A stretch of 64,000 bases of DNA from Candidatus Fraserbacteria bacterium (GCA_037442925.1 JBBIPG010000003.1:2913-66912), one strand, 5' to 3'; counted from the stretch's first letter, positions 37,606 to 48,017 are shown. Notes: a model not told the origin generated them from the sequence alone. Program-made: numbers and translations.

Positions 37606-38603
37606 ATCTCGGGGGTCCTCTCCAGCACTTGCTGAAGGATCTCTTCCGAGGAAATGCCTTCGGCTTCGCCGCGAAAGTTCCGGATGATGCGATGGCGTAA
37701 CGCAGGCAAGAAGACCGCGTGAATGTCCTCGGTGCGTACGTTGAGCTGTCCTGTCAAGAATGCGTTCGCTTTGGCTCCCCAGAGTAGGGCGATGCCGGCA
37801 CGAGGGCTCGCCCCATATTCGACGTAGTCGTTCACCAGAGGCGGTGCATGCTCAGACTGAGGATGGGTAGCGCTGACCAACCGCACGATGTAGTGGCGTA
37901 GTGGCTCTGCTATGGGCAGTCGCGCGATGAGACGTCGAGCTTCGAGGAGTTCATCCCGCGTGATGACTTGTCTCGGGGGCGATGCGCCCGCCATGACGTG
38001 CTCGTGGAGCACCAAGATCCCGTCCAGCTCTGAGGGAGGGGGGTAATTCAGCAGGATCTTGAAGAAGAATCGATCCACCTGGGCTTCCGGCAGAGGATAC
38101 GTGCCCTCCATTTCGATTGGGTTCTGTGTAGCCAACACGATGAACGGCTCCTCGAGTGGATAGGTCCGGCCGCCGATGGTGATGTTGCGTTCTTGCATGG
38201 CTTCCAGTAGAGCTGATTGCGTCTTGGGTGTGGCGCGGTTGATCTCATCGGCCAAGACAATATGGGCAAAGATCGGACCATGAGCGAATTCGAAGTAGCG
38301 CCGTCCACTCTCATCCTCCATGATGATGTTGGTCCCCAGAATATCTGCCGGCATGAGGTCTGGTGTGAACTGAATGCGCGAGAACCTAAGACCCAATAGC
38401 TGACCTAGCGTCTTGACCAAGAGGGTCTTGCCCAGACCCGGTACGCCCTCCAGCAGCGCGTGTCCTCCACACAGGAGGCAGATGAGAGCTCCATGGATCG
38501 TTTCTTGCTGGCCCACGATGATCTTGTGGATCTCTTCTGTGAGAGTCTGAAAGCGCCGTCGGCTCTTTTCAAGGTGTTCTTCCAGTTGCATTGCCGAGAT
38601 CAC
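37602..38603 (-). CDS. MoxR-like AAA+ ATPase
   Basis: LLEGVPGLGKTLLVK Walker A and ADEINRATPKTQSALLEAMQE. Confidence 0.9.
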   Translation of the reverse strand: MISAMQLEEHLEKSRRRFQTLTEEIHKIIVGQQETIHGALICLLCGGHALLEGVPGLGKTLLVKTLGQLLGLRFSRIQFTPDLMPADILGTNIIMEDESGRRYFEFAHGPIFAHIVLADEINRATPKTQSALLEAMQERNITIGGRTYPLEEPFIVLATQNPIEMEGTYPLPEAQVDRFFFKILLNYPPPSELDGILVLHEHVMAGASPPRQVITRDELLEARRLIARLPIAEPLRHYIVRLVSATHPQSEHAPPLVNDYVEYGASPRAGIALLWGAKANAFLTGQLNVRTEDIHAVFLPALRHRIIRNFRGEAEGISSEEILQQVLERTPEI

Positions 38604-40276
38604 CTATTGCCTGTGATGGCCAGAAAATACGCACGAACCAGATTTCGCAGGTCCGGCGGCAGATCGCGAAGTTCCAAGAGGGCTTCCACGCGGTCGAGAT
38701 TGAGTCGGAGGATCGGTGTGCCGTTGCGCTCAAGCTCCGCGAGATCCACCGGCACGCCTTGTGTAAGCAGCCGTTCCAGCAGGGTTCGATCCCGAGGCAG
38801 ATCCCCCCCCTGAATGAGCAAGTTTCTATTGATGGGCAAGGACTCTGAGCCTGTGGATGCGCGATCACCTTGACGGGGACCTTGGCCGGGTGCATCTCCT
38901 CCGCTGCCCGGCTCCTGGCTTGCGTCTTCACTCCCCTCTGCAGCGGAACCCTGCGAATCGGACGAGGATGAAGAAGCTTGGGGGCCGGTTTCCTCTCCCG
39001 CTTTGCCGGCGGATTGCTCGGAGTCGGACGTACCCTCTCCCGCGTTTTCGTCACCAGCAGCTTCTTGATCCTGCGCGCCGGTTCCCCCGGTCCCCGTGGA
39101 TTGCTGATCTGTGGACGTAGCTCCCTCTTCTTTTTGTTGCTGTGGGTCATCTCCTGCATCTTGAGAACTACTGCTCGCGTCTTGTGCGCTCTGTTCTCCT
39201 GCAGCGGCTTGTTGGCTGGAGTCTACCTTCGCCGCGTCTTCTGGTTGATTAAGTGCTCGTTGAAGTCTAGAGAGCGCCTCTTGAATCTGACGTTCTGCCT
39301 CATCGAGATCCTCCGAAGACTCCGCTGCCTGTTGCAGAGTACTTTGGGCCTCGGTAGAAGAAGCCTGCTGACTCAACTGCTCCAGTTCTTCTTTGAGTTC
39401 CTCAGAGGAGATCTCTCCTCGCTCCAAGCGTTCGGCCAACTCCGCAAGGGCTTGACTTAGGGCTTGCGCTTCCGCACGTGAGTTCGTCAGGGGAGCCTCT
39501 TCTCTGGGAGAGGGTGTTGCCTCTCCGGGAGCGGCTTGGGCACAGTTCGTTGTGCCAGCCTGGTTTTCCGCTAGGCGCGCTGCCTGCGGATCATTGCAGT
39601 TGGAGTCGACAGGACCGGATGGCTTGGCAGCTGTGTCCGAGGGTGCTGGGGAGCCATCTTGCTCTTCCCTCGATGGAACCGTAAGAAGCTCTCCCGAAGG
39701 GGATTCGGCGCGCTTCATCGGTGACTCCGGCAAGGAAGTGGTCACCGGAGTCTCCCTGGGGCTGGGGGAAAAGAGACTGCCTAGTTGCAGTGTGGGGACA
39801 CCGGAGAACCAGAGACCCAGCAAGACGATGGATGCAAGTGTCAGGCCACTGAGCATCATCCAGCCACTTCGCTCACTCTTAGATAAGGTTAGCGCCTTGC
39901 TCAGGTCCTCCGGCAATTCCTTCGTTCGATCATAGAGGGCCATAAGAAAGTCCGTCTCTCCGCTGCTCTTGCGTAGCTCATAGATCGTGGAGAGCCGTTC
40001 ACTCAAGTGGAACGCGCGATCCACACGATAGAGATCATCTTGTAGGGCTATGGGGTATCTCTGTCCCATGCGTGCGCTGATCCAAGCGACGAGAAAGTTA
40101 AAGCCCACGAGAATCCACAACGAGACCATTCCCAGAAGCCCCACGTAGACAGCTACGAGATAAACGAGAGTGGCTACGATGCCCCACGTTGCTCCTCTGC
40201 GCAGCCCCTTGAGCATGTTCAATTGCCGCCGGCGGCGGATGGTCTCACGTTCGATGTTGAGATACGTTGACTCCAT
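38600..40276 (-). CDS. Membrane protein with a long acidic, low-complexity central region and a conserved C-terminal domain
   Basis: 2 N-terminal TM segments and a Ser/Glu/Ala/Gln-rich disordered segment. Start set at the ATG with GGGAGGG 4 nt upstream. Part of the MoxR operon. Confidence 0.6.
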   Translation of the reverse strand: MESTYLNIERETIRRRRQLNMLKGLRRGATWGIVATLVYLVAVYVGLLGMVSLWILVGFNFLVAWISARMGQRYPIALQDDLYRVDRAFHLSERLSTIYELRKSSGETDFLMALYDRTKELPEDLSKALTLSKSERSGWMMLSGLTLASIVLLGLWFSGVPTLQLGSLFSPSPRETPVTTSLPESPMKRAESPSGELLTVPSREEQDGSPAPSDTAAKPSGPVDSNCNDPQAARLAENQAGTTNCAQAAPGEATPSPREEAPLTNSRAEAQALSQALAELAERLERGEISSEELKEELEQLSQQASSTEAQSTLQQAAESSEDLDEAERQIQEALSRLQRALNQPEDAAKVDSSQQAAAGEQSAQDASSSSQDAGDDPQQQKEEGATSTDQQSTGTGGTGAQDQEAAGDENAGEGTSDSEQSAGKAGEETGPQASSSSSDSQGSAAEGSEDASQEPGSGGDAPGQGPRQGDRASTGSESLPINRNLLIQGGDLPRDRTLLERLLTQGVPVDLAELERNGTPILRLNLDRVEALLELRDLPPDLRNLVRAYFLAITGNR

Positions 40277-40994
40277 GCGCCCTCCCTTCTTCTTCTTCCT
40301 CCTCACGAGTAAGGCAGCGTCGGACCCAGAGCGCGAGTAGCACTCCCACTCCGATCCACAAGAGATAGCTCTGAGCAAGCAAGGGAATCCAGTCAGTGGC
40401 TCTGTTATCCCCTAGCAATCTGTCCAGAGGCCAGAGCGGATTCAAGTAATTGAGGCCGGGCAGAAAGAAGCTGCCTATGAAATAGACGGTAAAGAATAGA
40501 TACTTCATGTTAAACTGGAAGATGTCAGAGCGTCGCGTCAGCGCTAATCTCCAGCCAAAGAGACCCAAGACAAGGCCATAGACGCACAGGTGCAGTAGCA
40601 CGCCCAGGCTGATCCACGGGTTTAGGGAGTGGGCAGTGAGGAAGATCAACCAGTAGGGCAGAGTAAGACCCAACGCCAGCAGTTGGCGTGTGAATAGATG
40701 CACGAGCGAGCCCGGCCAGAGTAGACGTGCTTGCCACTCGATCTCCGCCTGCCCAAGTGTAATGGCCAAGATGCCGAAGAGAACGACGAAGAAGGCGGGG
40801 AACAACACGGTATCCGGTGGGGGGGAGGCCAGGCTTTCACCCAGGCGTTGGCTGTTGGGCAGAAAGATAAGCAAGAGTACTCCTGTGATCAGCAGGAACG
40901 CCATATACGCTGACCAGGTAGCCTCATCGATCCAGTAATCGGGATCGATCATCTCCGCGACTCGTAGGCGCTTGTCACTCTGTCTCGTCATCAT
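40245..40994 (-). CDS. Integral membrane protein, hypothetical
   Basis: At least 6 hydrophobic segments. Operonic with the MoxR cluster. Confidence 0.6.
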   Translation of the reverse strand: MMTRQSDKRLRVAEMIDPDYWIDEATWSAYMAFLLITGVLLLIFLPNSQRLGESLASPPPDTVLFPAFFVVLFGILAITLGQAEIEWQARLLWPGSLVHLFTRQLLALGLTLPYWLIFLTAHSLNPWISLGVLLHLCVYGLVLGLFGWRLALTRRSDIFQFNMKYLFFTVYFIGSFFLPGLNYLNPLWPLDRLLGDNRATDWIPLLAQSYLLWIGVGVLLALWVRRCLTREEEEEEGRAHGVNVSQHRT

Positions 40995-42902
40995 TCACCC
41001 TTCGCGCGTGGCTACGATGAGCAAGAGCTTCAAGATCCAGCGATTCTCGTGAGGTTGCACGGGAAAACCCTCTTCGCTCGCCCACGCGAGAAGAACGCTG
41101 TTTCCGTCTCCACGCTTAAGCTGTGCTTGTATCTCGGGTTGTATCATGGAGTAGAGTCGTTCCTTCACTCTCCCCTCGAAATCAAATGACCCCCCCCTGC
41201 GATCACCCGCGCTCGGCCATGAACTCGCTCCGCCATCGCCCAACGCCACCTCTTTGGCTTTGCCGGGAGGGAGATCTCCCACTAGGTAAAAGATCCCTCT
41301 CTGCACAAGCACGGCATCCCGCAGCGCCCAGTTGCTGGCATTATACACCCGAACTGCGGGAGTTCTGACGTCCCCTGGCTTCTCATCTACTTCCAACTGA
41401 ATCTGTAAGGGCAGCATATCTTCGAGATAGAGATACTGGGGTTTCCAGGCCTCAAGGGGTGTGGGAGAGAACTCAAGCTGGAGCCGCTCCGGTTGCAAAC
41501 CCACCGTGAGGCTTGTCTCCTCCTGGGGCAGGACGAGCGCAGGGCGCTCGAGGGGTAGCTCGAGTGAGAGGGTGCGCTTGGGGAAGACACTATACCAGCT
41601 TTGCATCCAGGCCCAAGGGATGCGAGTGTCGCCTCGTATGAGGCTGACCTCCAGAGATTGAGCGGGACGGGTGAATTCCGGTTTTTGCAGGTAACTCAGG
41701 GTCAAGCCCGCAAATAGTCCGATCCAGCTCACGAGGAGGACGAAGACCCCCCAGCCGTGAGCGCGGATGCCCACAAGAGCCTGCATCTCGCTCGCAGACC
41801 CGGTGACCCAACGGGGGCGGCGAAGCAGCCAAAGACTAAGAAGCCCAAACCCTGCTGCGTAGAGTGCCAAGAGCCCTCCCAGGAAGGCTTTGGGCGGAAG
41901 TTGTAGTTCCATTTCGCGAAAGAGCTCTGTGCCCAAGGGCGAGCTTGTGGGAAGTTCGGTCACGCTTGGACTGAGCTTAGCCCAGATGGACCTCTGCACG
42001 GTACTAGGCTCTAGAAGATTCAGAGCGGCGACATAGATCGTTCCTCGACCCTGCTGGCCTCGCACCAGAAGAGGAAAGCCCTCTTGCTCATAGATGACTT
42101 CCCCACGCGACCGACCTACAACGATCCGCGCTCCCAATGTCTCTACGCGTTGTATCTCGTCAATGTCCAAGGGAAGGAGCCTGCGTAGCCAAGGAGCATC
42201 CTGCACATAGAAGTTGTCCCCTGTGAGCACCACCAGCTCTCCGCCGCGGCTGAGCCATTGCTCTAGAGCCACTTGCTGTTCGGGTGTGAGATTACGGGAG
42301 TAGAATCGCCCGACGTATAGGCGCCTCACGCTCGCATACCCTTTCCAATCGGAGGGAAGCTCTGATCCCTCGACTTGCTCAATCTGCTCTCCCGTGGGCA
42401 GAACTCGGGGAAAGCTCGTATCGCTCACGACCAGTACGAACGGCTCAGAGCGAACGGCATCGAGGAGTCTGATGCGGTTGGCTGCGATCTCTTGACCTTC
42501 CACAAGGAACATCACGGAGAGTTCAGGCTCGTCTTCCTCGGCTGCCGGATAGGCGGACAGCGGGAAGTAGAGTACGTGGAGCTGGCGGGTGTTCGATCCC
42601 AGCTGAAGGGCAAGCTTCATCTCTAGGGATCGAGGAGGGTGCAAGGGTCGGCGGATCTCCTGTCGCAATACAAGTTCGCCTGTCAGAGGAGGCCCCTGAT
42701 ACGTGATCTGCACACGGATCGGAGTATACTGATCGGGAACGAACTGATCATGAAACCCGATGCGGACGTTTAGGGTCATTGGAGCTTGTGCACTCAGGGA
42801 ACCCGAAGTCAAGAACCAGACAATAAGCGCCGCAAAGATGAGACAGAGGAGCTTGCGATTGCGCGCGTGGACTACTGTATAAGGCTTGACTCGAGCTGTC
42901 AT
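40995..42902 (-). CDS. Hypothetical exported/membrane protein, the first gene of the MoxR-Bat-like operon
   Basis: Signal-anchor LLCLIFAALIVWFLTSGSLSAQA, internal TM pair, otherwise beta-rich. Confidence 0.6.
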   Translation of the reverse strand: MTARVKPYTVVHARNRKLLCLIFAALIVWFLTSGSLSAQAPMTLNVRIGFHDQFVPDQYTPIRVQITYQGPPLTGELVLRQEIRRPLHPPRSLEMKLALQLGSNTRQLHVLYFPLSAYPAAEEDEPELSVMFLVEGQEIAANRIRLLDAVRSEPFVLVVSDTSFPRVLPTGEQIEQVEGSELPSDWKGYASVRRLYVGRFYSRNLTPEQQVALEQWLSRGGELVVLTGDNFYVQDAPWLRRLLPLDIDEIQRVETLGARIVVGRSRGEVIYEQEGFPLLVRGQQGRGTIYVAALNLLEPSTVQRSIWAKLSPSVTELPTSSPLGTELFREMELQLPPKAFLGGLLALYAAGFGLLSLWLLRRPRWVTGSASEMQALVGIRAHGWGVFVLLVSWIGLFAGLTLSYLQKPEFTRPAQSLEVSLIRGDTRIPWAWMQSWYSVFPKRTLSLELPLERPALVLPQEETSLTVGLQPERLQLEFSPTPLEAWKPQYLYLEDMLPLQIQLEVDEKPGDVRTPAVRVYNASNWALRDAVLVQRGIFYLVGDLPPGKAKEVALGDGGASSWPSAGDRRGGSFDFEGRVKERLYSMIQPEIQAQLKRGDGNSVLLAWASEEGFPVQPHENRWILKLLLIVATREG

Positions 42903-43029
42903 GCTGGGGTCCTCCGGCTGCCGAATCCGCAAGGAGCTAGCCTGTAGCTTATGCCTCAGGCGAGAGTGTGTCAAGGATTATGGTCCTACATTCAGGCGCA
43001 TGTGGAGGTGAAGGGAGGATCTTCTCGCG

Positions 43030-43274
43030 TGGCCAGACTCATCGAGATCGACGGGGCTGAGGGCGGTGGTTCGGTGCTGCGTGTCGGGATCGGGTTATCC
43101 GTTGCGCTCCAAGTGCCTGTGCGTGTGGTGAATCAGATCATTCCATTCCTTGCTCTACACGGTGGCTCCTTTCGCTGTCGAGAGATCACGGATCACATAC
43201 GCATCAATCTCGCCATTGCAGAGCAGATCACCGGGAGGCGTTTCACGCAACAAGATGGGAGAATCACTTGCTGA
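43030..43274 (+). pseudogene. Probable 5' remnant of an RNA 3'-terminal phosphate cyclase (rtcA) gene
   Basis: The ORF 42951..43274 encodes IEIDGAEGGGSVLRVGIGLSVALQVPVRVVN, matching the RtcA N-terminal signature (IDGsqGEGGGQiLRsalsLS...P..I.NIR). The match is lost after ~50 aa and the ORF stops at ~107 aa. Confidence 0.3.
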
Positions 43275-43280
43275 ACCGCT

Positions 43281-43973
43281 TCATCGCGCCTCGATCTGTC
43301 CGAGCTGGGTATTGCTGCTTTGATCGATCATGTTGTACATCCCCTGGCTCAACTCGACCTCTATGGTCGCTAGCTTGCCCGGCTCGACCAGCACTGTCGC
43401 CACTCCGGCCTGTGCTCCCTCCCGCCGGATCACTACCGTCAGAGCCTGATCCAGTGAAGTGAGGAAGAGACGCACCGCACCGGTAGAGATCGTCAGCTTC
43501 GCAGGGAATGTCCGCAGCTGGCCGTCACTGCCCGGACCCAAGATCAATGCGAATTCTTGGACCTGCCCAGGTCTTGCGCCTCCTTCACCTACCGTGAGGA
43601 CGTGTAATGCAGTGTCGCTGCCTGAGGGTCCACCGACAGTGCTATCAGCCGTAACGGTCAAAAGGAAACGATATTCCCCCGATACTTCCGGGGTATACGA
43701 CACCTCCTCTCCGGTGGCACTCCAAGGACCGGTCCCGGCAGGAGCAGAGAGCAGTTGCCATCTGAAAGTAGGTGTTGTGCAGTATTGTCCTAGCTCTGCT
43801 GCCCCTCTTAGAGTCACCTCGTCTCCCACAGGTGCCTCAGAAGGTCCCTCGATGCTTACAGAGTTGACTTCACAAGGAGCGTATGGAGGAGCGAAAGCTG
43901 TAGGACTCACTCCTCCGAATGCCAACAAGACCAACCCGATCGTCAACGCCGCTGCTTTTGCGTACGTGCGCAT
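43281..43973 (-). CDS. Secreted hypothetical protein with an Ig/PKD-like domain
   Basis: Signal peptide MRTYAKAAALTIGLVLLAFGG. Last gene of the secreted-protein cluster. Confidence 0.6.
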   Translation of the reverse strand: MRTYAKAAALTIGLVLLAFGGVSPTAFAPPYAPCEVNSVSIEGPSEAPVGDEVTLRGAAELGQYCTTPTFRWQLLSAPAGTGPWSATGEEVSYTPEVSGEYRFLLTVTADSTVGGPSGSDTALHVLTVGEGGARPGQVQEFALILGPGSDGQLRTFPAKLTISTGAVRLFLTSLDQALTVVIRREGAQAGVATVLVEPGKLATIEVELSQGMYNMIDQSSNTQLGQIEAR

Positions 43974-44047
43974 GTCGATCCACTCCTTTCTTTGGTTCGT
44001 GCTGTCTGTCTCATTATAAACCTCAAGCGTAGACAAACCGTCTCGCC

Positions 44048-46228
44048 TCACTGCCTGAAGTCCGCCGGGAACGGCCCTCCACACAGATCCGTGCCGTTGC
44101 CCGAGATGCCATTCTCCCAGCCGGTGACTGTGGACGTCTCATCGACGAAGACCCCACAGAACTCGTTATTGTAGATCCGGTTGTTGCTGATCTCCGCAGT
44201 AGAGCCCCACCACAGCTCAATACCCGATCCTGCATTCTCCCTAATCTCGTTGAAGGCAATGACGGCCTGCGTGTTCTGAAGTCCGATCCCTACCCCGAAG
44301 TTCTCGGCGATCCAGTTATCGATGATCTTTACATCGGTGGAGTTCCAGGGAGTGATCCCGCCGGAGTTGTGGGTGAGCGCGCTGTCGAAGATGGTGATGT
44401 GACTGCCGTCTTGGATGAAGATCGCCGTCTGGCCGCTCACTTGGCCGCCGGTAATCGTCAGGCCCTGGATCGTGACATGGCGGCCCTCCCTGATCCAGAC
44501 GGTAGGGATCGCATCTGGGGACAGCGTGCTCGCGTCGATGATTGTTGTGCGTGGATCAACACCTACCAAAGTCAGGCTCTTAGTGATGAACAGCCGCTCC
44601 GGGTAGGTGCTGGTCGAGACGCGAATGACGTCACCTTCTTGGGCCACGTCGATAGCTGCTTGGATGGTCGGGAAATCCTGAGGCACACGAATCGTGCGCG
44701 CGCTTTGGAGGCTGCTGACGTCCCACAGCCTGACTGTCCTGTCGTAAGATCCGGAAGCGAGGAACTGGCCATCGGGACTGAAGGCTATAGACGTGAGAAT
44801 GTCGGTGTGACCGACAAAAGTACGCACCTCTTGGCCCGTGGCTACTTCCCACAACGTAATCGGGGAATCCCGCCATCCAGAGGCGAGTAATCTTCCGTCC
44901 GGGCTAAAAGCCACAGTTTCTACTTGAGACCTAGAAGAACGACTTGTGATGGTGCGCACTTCCAGACCACTGGCTACCTCCCACAGTTTGATCTTCTGGT
45001 CCGCAGCGCCTGAAGCCAGCAGTTTGCCGTCAGGGCTGAAGGCCACCGACAAGACCCCGTTGGTGTGACCGGAGAGAGTGCGCACTGCTTCACCCGTAGC
45101 CACTTTCCACAGCTTGATCGTTTTGTCATAAGAACCTGAGGCCAGCAGCTGATCGTCAGGACTGAAGGCCACCGATGTGACCCCAAAAGCGCCGTGGCCT
45201 CGGAGTGTAAGTACCTTTGCGCCCGTAGCCACATCCCACAGCATGATGGTAGCATCTTGGGAGCCTGAGGCCAGGAGTTTTCCATCTGGGCTGAAGGCCA
45301 CGGAAGTGACAATACCTGTAGGGCTGTCGAGGGTGCGTACCTGCCGACCGGTGGCCACCTCCCATAGCTTGATCTCGCTTTGCATGTGGCATGAGCGTAT
45401 TTCGTCGGGACTCTCACAGGCAGCGGAGGCATTCAGACTCCCATCGGGGCTGAAGGCCACCGACCAGACGCCACCACGGTGGCTTGTGAGAGTACCGGGG
45501 ATCACTGTGAGCAAGACTGGGATAACTGTGGAGCCGTTTTGTGCTCCCTGCGCAGTGATGGTGATCCGGCCCTGCCACGTGCCAACGTTCAGACCAGCTA
45601 AGTCCACCCGAATCTGAATTGAAGCGCTTTCCTTGGCCTGGAACGTCCCCTCACTGGGACTGAGGCGGAGCCAGCCGGCATCGGCTTGTGCCGTCCAGCT
45701 CAAGCTCCCGCCCCCGGCATTGCTGATCTTGAACTCTTGCGCTACTGGGTTGGGTCCCTCGGCCAGCCCGCGAAAGCTTAAGCTCGCAGGCTCGACCTCA
45801 AGCCGTGGAGGCGGCTCTTTACTTATGGCCTCGAAGCTGAACTGCCCGGGCTCGCTTCTTAGATCCTGAGCATCAACCAAGACCACTTCCAGCACCACCC
45901 GCTGAGGAGTGCTTGTGGCGATCTGAAACTCAAAAGCTCCCAAAGTCACGCCCTTGAGCTGCTCAGCCAAGTCGAGTGTGAAGTCCTTGAAGTCCAATGC
46001 TTCAATGACTTTGAACTCCGCGCGGGTGACGTCCCCATCGGGGTCACTGAAGAAGACGAGACCGCTCACGGGCTGGCCGTTGGCCTCGATGCGCGAAGGG
46101 AAATCGATAAACGTGATCTCCGGGGGCGTGCCCTGAGTCTGGGCGTGTATGCCTGTTCCCAGCCCCAACCAACCCATGAGCAGCCAAACGAAGAGCACAC
46201 CGGCGAACGTTACACGTAAAGCGCGCAT
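44048..46228 (-). CDS. Secreted WD40-repeat protein fused to a right-handed parallel beta-helix (pectate-lyase/NosD-like) domain
   Basis: Signal peptide, 7 WD40 units (VxSVAFSPDGxLLASGSxDxTIKLW), then beta-helix repeats (GxxIxxNxI...). Confidence 0.8.
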   Translation of the reverse strand: MRALRVTFAGVLFVWLLMGWLGLGTGIHAQTQGTPPEITFIDFPSRIEANGQPVSGLVFFSDPDGDVTRAEFKVIEALDFKDFTLDLAEQLKGVTLGAFEFQIATSTPQRVVLEVVLVDAQDLRSEPGQFSFEAISKEPPPRLEVEPASLSFRGLAEGPNPVAQEFKISNAGGGSLSWTAQADAGWLRLSPSEGTFQAKESASIQIRVDLAGLNVGTWQGRITITAQGAQNGSTVIPVLLTVIPGTLTSHRGGVWSVAFSPDGSLNASAACESPDEIRSCHMQSEIKLWEVATGRQVRTLDSPTGIVTSVAFSPDGKLLASGSQDATIMLWDVATGAKVLTLRGHGAFGVTSVAFSPDDQLLASGSYDKTIKLWKVATGEAVRTLSGHTNGVLSVAFSPDGKLLASGAADQKIKLWEVASGLEVRTITSRSSRSQVETVAFSPDGRLLASGWRDSPITLWEVATGQEVRTFVGHTDILTSIAFSPDGQFLASGSYDRTVRLWDVSSLQSARTIRVPQDFPTIQAAIDVAQEGDVIRVSTSTYPERLFITKSLTLVGVDPRTTIIDASTLSPDAIPTVWIREGRHVTIQGLTITGGQVSGQTAIFIQDGSHITIFDSALTHNSGGITPWNSTDVKIIDNWIAENFGVGIGLQNTQAVIAFNEIRENAGSGIELWWGSTAEISNNRIYNNEFCGVFVDETSTVTGWENGISGNGTDLCGGPFPADFRQ

Positions 46229-46244
46229 GACTCCCGCCTTTCCC

Positions 46245-48017
46245 TCATGACTCCGGCTTCAGCCAGAGCACGACCACTGAGCTGATGATCTCTGAGCCAT
46301 CGGTGAGATCGTCGATCCGAAAGTCTCCACCGCCCATGCGATTGGAGAACAAAGCATCGTCTAAGACAAACAACGCCCACTTCCAAGCCCCGCTATTCGT
46401 CTTGGTCACCGGAGGAAAGGGATCGTCTGTGTCCTGAGCGTCATATTCGAACGTGAAGCTGTCGGCACCCACATCAAGGAACTCCACTGCGATCATCACT
46501 TGTGAAGTCGGCTGCGCGTTGAAGAGCAAGGCATCATCGACGTCAAACTGCATGTGGCGATCAGGTGTCTGATTGCCATCACCGGCGGGAAGAGCTTGGC
46601 CGTTGCCTGTGCGATGGGCAGTCCGAGGCAGCTCATCTGTGGCGATCGTCTCGGTGTCATGATCTCCCCCCTGCTGCAGGATGATCCCCTGCGGTTCCTC
46701 TGTCTCCTCATCAAAGATGATAGAAGTCGAGGTCAGCGTGGCAGCCTGCGTCAGCTTACGGTTGGCTTCTTCGGTCAGTGTGCTGTCCGGCCCCATCATG
46801 GCTCGCTCATACCAGACTTTAGCTGCCTGCAGGAGACCTTCGATGAGGTTGACAACGAGAGGTTGATCGCCCGAGAAGAAGATCTCAACGTGCGGCGTCC
46901 ACAAGGCCACGGCTCCGTCTTCGAAGATCTCTCCCAACAGCAGTTCGATCTGCTGGAGTTCTCTTAAGATCTCTGGGCTATCTGCAATGGGCATTCCGGC
47001 CAGTTCCGCAAGCTTTATCTCCGCGCTGTCCAGTGCTCCGAGCAGTGGAGCCCGCTTCGACTCCGGGATGGAAGCTACCAAGGCACGTTCGTCATCCGTG
47101 GGCTGCAGACCCTGATAGTCCGTCTCGTTCTCCAGCACCAGGTTGTAACTAAAAGAAGCTACAGCTTCCTCCTGGGCAAAGACCCCGACGGGGTGCCGGG
47201 CGATGAAGTTGCCGGCGACCTGTGGTTCTGCCCCTTCGCCGAGGAAGAGGCCCGCTGCCCCATTCCAGAGGACGGTGTTGTGAGAAAGCTCTGGAAAGGC
47301 ATTGGTGATGACGATCCCGCTTGTGCCGTTGGTTATGATAGTGTTAGCCTGGATCTCTCCTCCGGGCCCATCGTGGACGAAGATCCCGCTGGCCCGGTTA
47401 CCCTCGATGATGTTCCTCTGAATCACCGGCTCTGAGCCTTCCCGGACCTCGATGCCCGCGAACTCCCCGGCCAAGCCGTTGCCCACTATCTTGTTGCCTA
47501 CAATCTCGCCACCTGCGTAACCGTCCAGCAAGATCCCAGGGCCGCCATTGCCTTCGATGAGATTATCCCGAAGAGATGGAGCCGCGCCATCGCGGAGTTC
47601 CACGCCGGAGAGGGTGGCTCCCGTGATCACGTTGTCGCTGATCGTAGGGGAAGCAAAGAGCACCACGACCGCGCTGCGGGGTTCAGATCCTTTGAAGCGC
47701 AGGGTGAAGCCGCTGAGCGTGCCCAGGCCCGGGACCACGAAAGCGACCACGGTTTCCTCGCTCTCGATGACAGTCTGGTCGCTTCCGGCTCCTACGATGT
47801 TGAGATCGTTCTTGTCAATCCGCAGGCTCTCCTGATAGAGCCCCGGGGCGACTTGGATGGTGTCCCCAGGCTGCGCTGCCTCGATGGCTGCCTGGATGCT
47901 GGAGAAGTCCGCCGGGCCGTCGTCATCCACGGTGATCACCCCAGGCGAGGCCAACCCCAAGGCGATTACGATCGCTAGCAACGCAAGCACGATGGAAACG
48001 CCCTTCAAGATCTTCAT
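46245..48017 (-). CDS. Secreted right-handed parallel beta-helix repeat protein
   Basis: Signal peptide plus repeated beta-helix/NosD-type units (GIxxxxxxxxxIxGNxI). Confidence 0.75.
   Translation of the reverse strand: MKILKGVSIVLALLAIVIALGLASPGVITVDDDGPADFSSIQAAIEAAQPGDTIQVAPGLYQESLRIDKNDLNIVGAGSDQTVIESEETVVAFVVPGLGTLSGFTLRFKGSEPRSAVVVLFASPTISDNVITGATLSGVELRDGAAPSLRDNLIEGNGGPGILLDGYAGGEIVGNKIVGNGLAGEFAGIEVREGSEPVIQRNIIEGNRASGIFVHDGPGGEIQANTIITNGTSGIVITNAFPELSHNTVLWNGAAGLFLGEGAEPQVAGNFIARHPVGVFAQEEAVASFSYNLVLENETDYQGLQPTDDERALVASIPESKRAPLLGALDSAEIKLAELAGMPIADSPEILRELQQIELLLGEIFEDGAVALWTPHVEIFFSGDQPLVVNLIEGLLQAAKVWYERAMMGPDSTLTEEANRKLTQAATLTSTSIIFDEETEEPQGIILQQGGDHDTETIATDELPRTAHRTGNGQALPAGDGNQTPDRHMQFDVDDALLFNAQPTSQVMIAVEFLDVGADSFTFEYDAQDTDDPFPPVTKTNSGAWKWALFVLDDALFSNRMGGGDFRIDDLTDGSEIISSVVVLWLKPES

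Noticed and set aside
38978-39460. Plus-strand ORFs (38857..39120, 38978..39460, 39552..39935) within the acidic membrane protein gene
   Set aside because: They are antisense to a low-complexity GC-rich coding region, where shadow ORFs are expected.
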